Below the pieces are notes generated by a model, which saw only the letters and a list, made by a program, of their open reading frames with translations, was not told the DNA's origin and made no database searches. The position numbers and the translations under genes were made by a program. Positions 61,800 through 64,000 of a DNA stretch of 64,000 nt are shown piece by piece. Each line of letters opens with the position of its first letter. Position 1 is the stretch's first letter. This stretch comes from Macrostomum lignano (lineage: Eukaryota), in NCBI GenBank assembly GCA_002269645.1, contig NIVC01001262.1, positions 62,001 through 126,000 on the forward strand, written 5' to 3'.

Positions 61800-63681
61800 T
61801 CAAACGCGATTCTGCGGCGACTTCTTGGAGGCCGGCGACTTCTTGGAGCCTGGCGACTTCTTGGAGCCTGGCGAGCGCAGCCTCAGCGAGGAGCCCAAGC
61901 CACTCGACTTCTTCAAAATCGACCGCTCCGGCGTTTTATCGTCACCCGAAGCCGTCGGCGTAACAACCCGGTCCTTCTTGTTGAATCGCTTGCGAAATAT
62001 CTTGCCAAATGTTACGGAACGATTCTGTTTTCCCTCGCTGTCGCAGTCAGCACTCTGGGGCGTGGACAGAAGCAGCTGCTGCTTCGGCGTTGCGGACTGC
62101 GATGCCGGGGTGACGCTGCAGTCCGCTGACACTGCGGGCGACATGCGCGCGCGCTTAGCTGATGGCGGCGTACTGCTGCCCGCACCGGGAGCCGTCAAAG
62201 GCGACAAAGACGGCTGCTTGCGCTTGCCACCGGCTGGGGACTCCGGCTTGACAGAGTCCTTGGGAGACTTCGAGGTGGCGGGCGATTTCTCTTTGGCCAA
62301 GCCCTGAGGTGATTTTTTATTATTTGAGACCTGGGGCGATTGCTGGACAGCAGGCGATTTTTCTTTGGCTTTGGCCGGGGCTGGGCCTTTTGGCGATTTT
62401 TTTATGACAGGCGACTTCTCTTTGGCTGAAACTTCAGGCGCTCCTTGGATGGCGGGCGATTTCTCATTGGATTTTGGCGACTGCCCAGACTGCTTGGCAG
62501 TTCTTGGGCTTTGGGGGGACTTGGCCACTCCAGGCTGCGCTTCAATGCTGGCACCCTGAGGTGAAGCGCCAGCAGCAATGGCTTTCTTTTTGCCAAAGCC
62601 AATGAAGACTTGGCGCCTCCAACAGTCTGCTTTTGCTTGGCCAAAGCTTTCGGGGTCTTGACCTTGGCCAGCTTAGCGCCTGACGCTGGTGCACTGGGCT
62701 GCGTATTCGAACTCCCTGCTTGGCCGTCCTCAACTAGACGTTTTGCTTTCTTTTTTTTTCTCCGCTTGTTCTCCTGTTTAATGAGGCGGGCAACCGCCGC
62801 TGTGATTTCCTCCTTGCCCAGGGTCGGTCCGGCGGGCACCAGGCCCTCCGGTCCAACATTGCCGCTCAGAATATTTCTAAACGTCTTGTACCAGTGAAAC
62901 AGTCGCTTTCGATTGGGGCTTTTCACGCTGGGATCTGATCCCAGGGCAAAGAGGCACTTGCACAGCTCCTCCATGTCGATGTCAACTAAGCAGACTTCCG
63001 ACTCAACCGAGTCCTGCTGCGCGGACTCCGCCTGGTAGAGTGCCTGATCGGCCAGATACTGCAGCACCGCCTGCTCAACCTTGTCCACCACGTGGTGCTT
63101 GTGCATCCCGGACGCCACAATATCGATGAAGGGTCGCAAAATTGCCAGCACAGCATCTGGACCGGCGGTGGTGATGCTGAGCTCCTCGCAAACAATGTCA
63201 GCCAAGTGCAGCTTCAGGCCGTTGCTAGGCTGGTTGAAATCGGCATTAACAACGCTGTCCCTGAGGATTTGAACGAACTGGCTGACCAGTTCGCTGCTCC
63301 ATTCGTTGGACTGCAAAAACGCCAGGGAGGCTTTGAGGAAGCGACGCACGAGCATCATGAACTTGTCCGCGCGCCAGAAGTCGATTGAAGACCATTCTCT
63401 GGCTTCTGTCTCGAATAGCGCTTTAATAAAGTTCAACTTGTTCTTTGGACTGGATATCGCACCCAGAAGAGAGCAGATCATGTCTACAATGTCCTCGTGC
63501 TTAATTGGCTGGTCCTGCATCCACAGCATGTAGTGCAGGCCTTTCATTATGAGCATCATGTTATCAAATGATACTGCCTCTGCACCAGAAAGAAGCTTCT
63601 TTGCCCTAAGAAGCCCTTGATTCGGACTGGCTCCTCACTAGCAGCCAGCTTCTTGCAGACCAATTTAATCTGCTCAAGCAT
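61800..63681 (-). CDS. RRP1B: RRP1B-like (Nop52 domain) ribosome biogenesis protein; two apparent -1 frameshifts (~63615, ~62590)
   Basis: KKLAASEEPVR...KGLHYMLWMQDQP...EAREWSSIDFWRADKFMMLVRRFL...NGLKLHLADIVCEEL (Nop52); KSP-rich basic tail with RSVTFG and SILK motifs; ATG directly after a ctgcag acceptor. Confidence 0.88.
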
Positions 63682-64000
63682 CTGCAGCAAAAAGAAAAAT
63701 AAATATATTTTTATAGTGGAGTGACAGACATTAATATCCAAATATTATTGTTTACATTTAAATTTTGAAATCAACATTCATAAGCACAAAAACCTTAGTA
63801 TATATAACAAAAATTCAGAAACAATTAAAATATAAGATAAATTGGTTATATTGTCTTGTTTCAAAATGAAAAGCTACAAACTAGTCATAAAGATAGCAAT
63901 AATATTTTAGAAAATTATCAGAAATACTTTTCTTTATACTAACTTTATACTTAAAATTTAGGTAACAAATTCTTTATGATAAAACACATATTATTCTATA

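Overview
Eukaryotic (animal) genomic DNA: GC-rich exons separated by introns and spacers that are largely filled with mini- and microsatellite arrays. The repeat landscape and the peptide gene suggest a flatworm such as Macrostomum, but that is an inference I cannot verify. Minus strand, left part: a spliced ERG-type KCNH potassium channel gene (about 11 exons, ~877 aa, no PAS domain seen) with a decayed piggyBac in its last intron. Middle: a two-exon neuropeptide precursor encoding 12 (A/S)RGFLamide copies. Plus strand: a secreted PAN/apple + F-type lectin gene whose intron holds two different tRNA-derived SINEs and whose second exon is split by a complete, young Ty3/gypsy (Mag-type) LTR retrotransposon with a 5-bp TSD. 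Next is a 298-bp MITE (14-bp TIRs, 8-bp TSD) inserted in a minisatellite; it carries a ~64-nt 28S rRNA-like segment that has diverged at the R2/I-PpoI target site, and this is the most unusual object I found. Right part: four head-to-tail minus-strand genes (RRP1B-like, two uncharacterised, MGST3). Most long ORFs in the track are artefacts of stop-free tandem repeats. Exon boundaries were derived by hand from GT-AG sites and reading phase; repeat boundaries are approximate.
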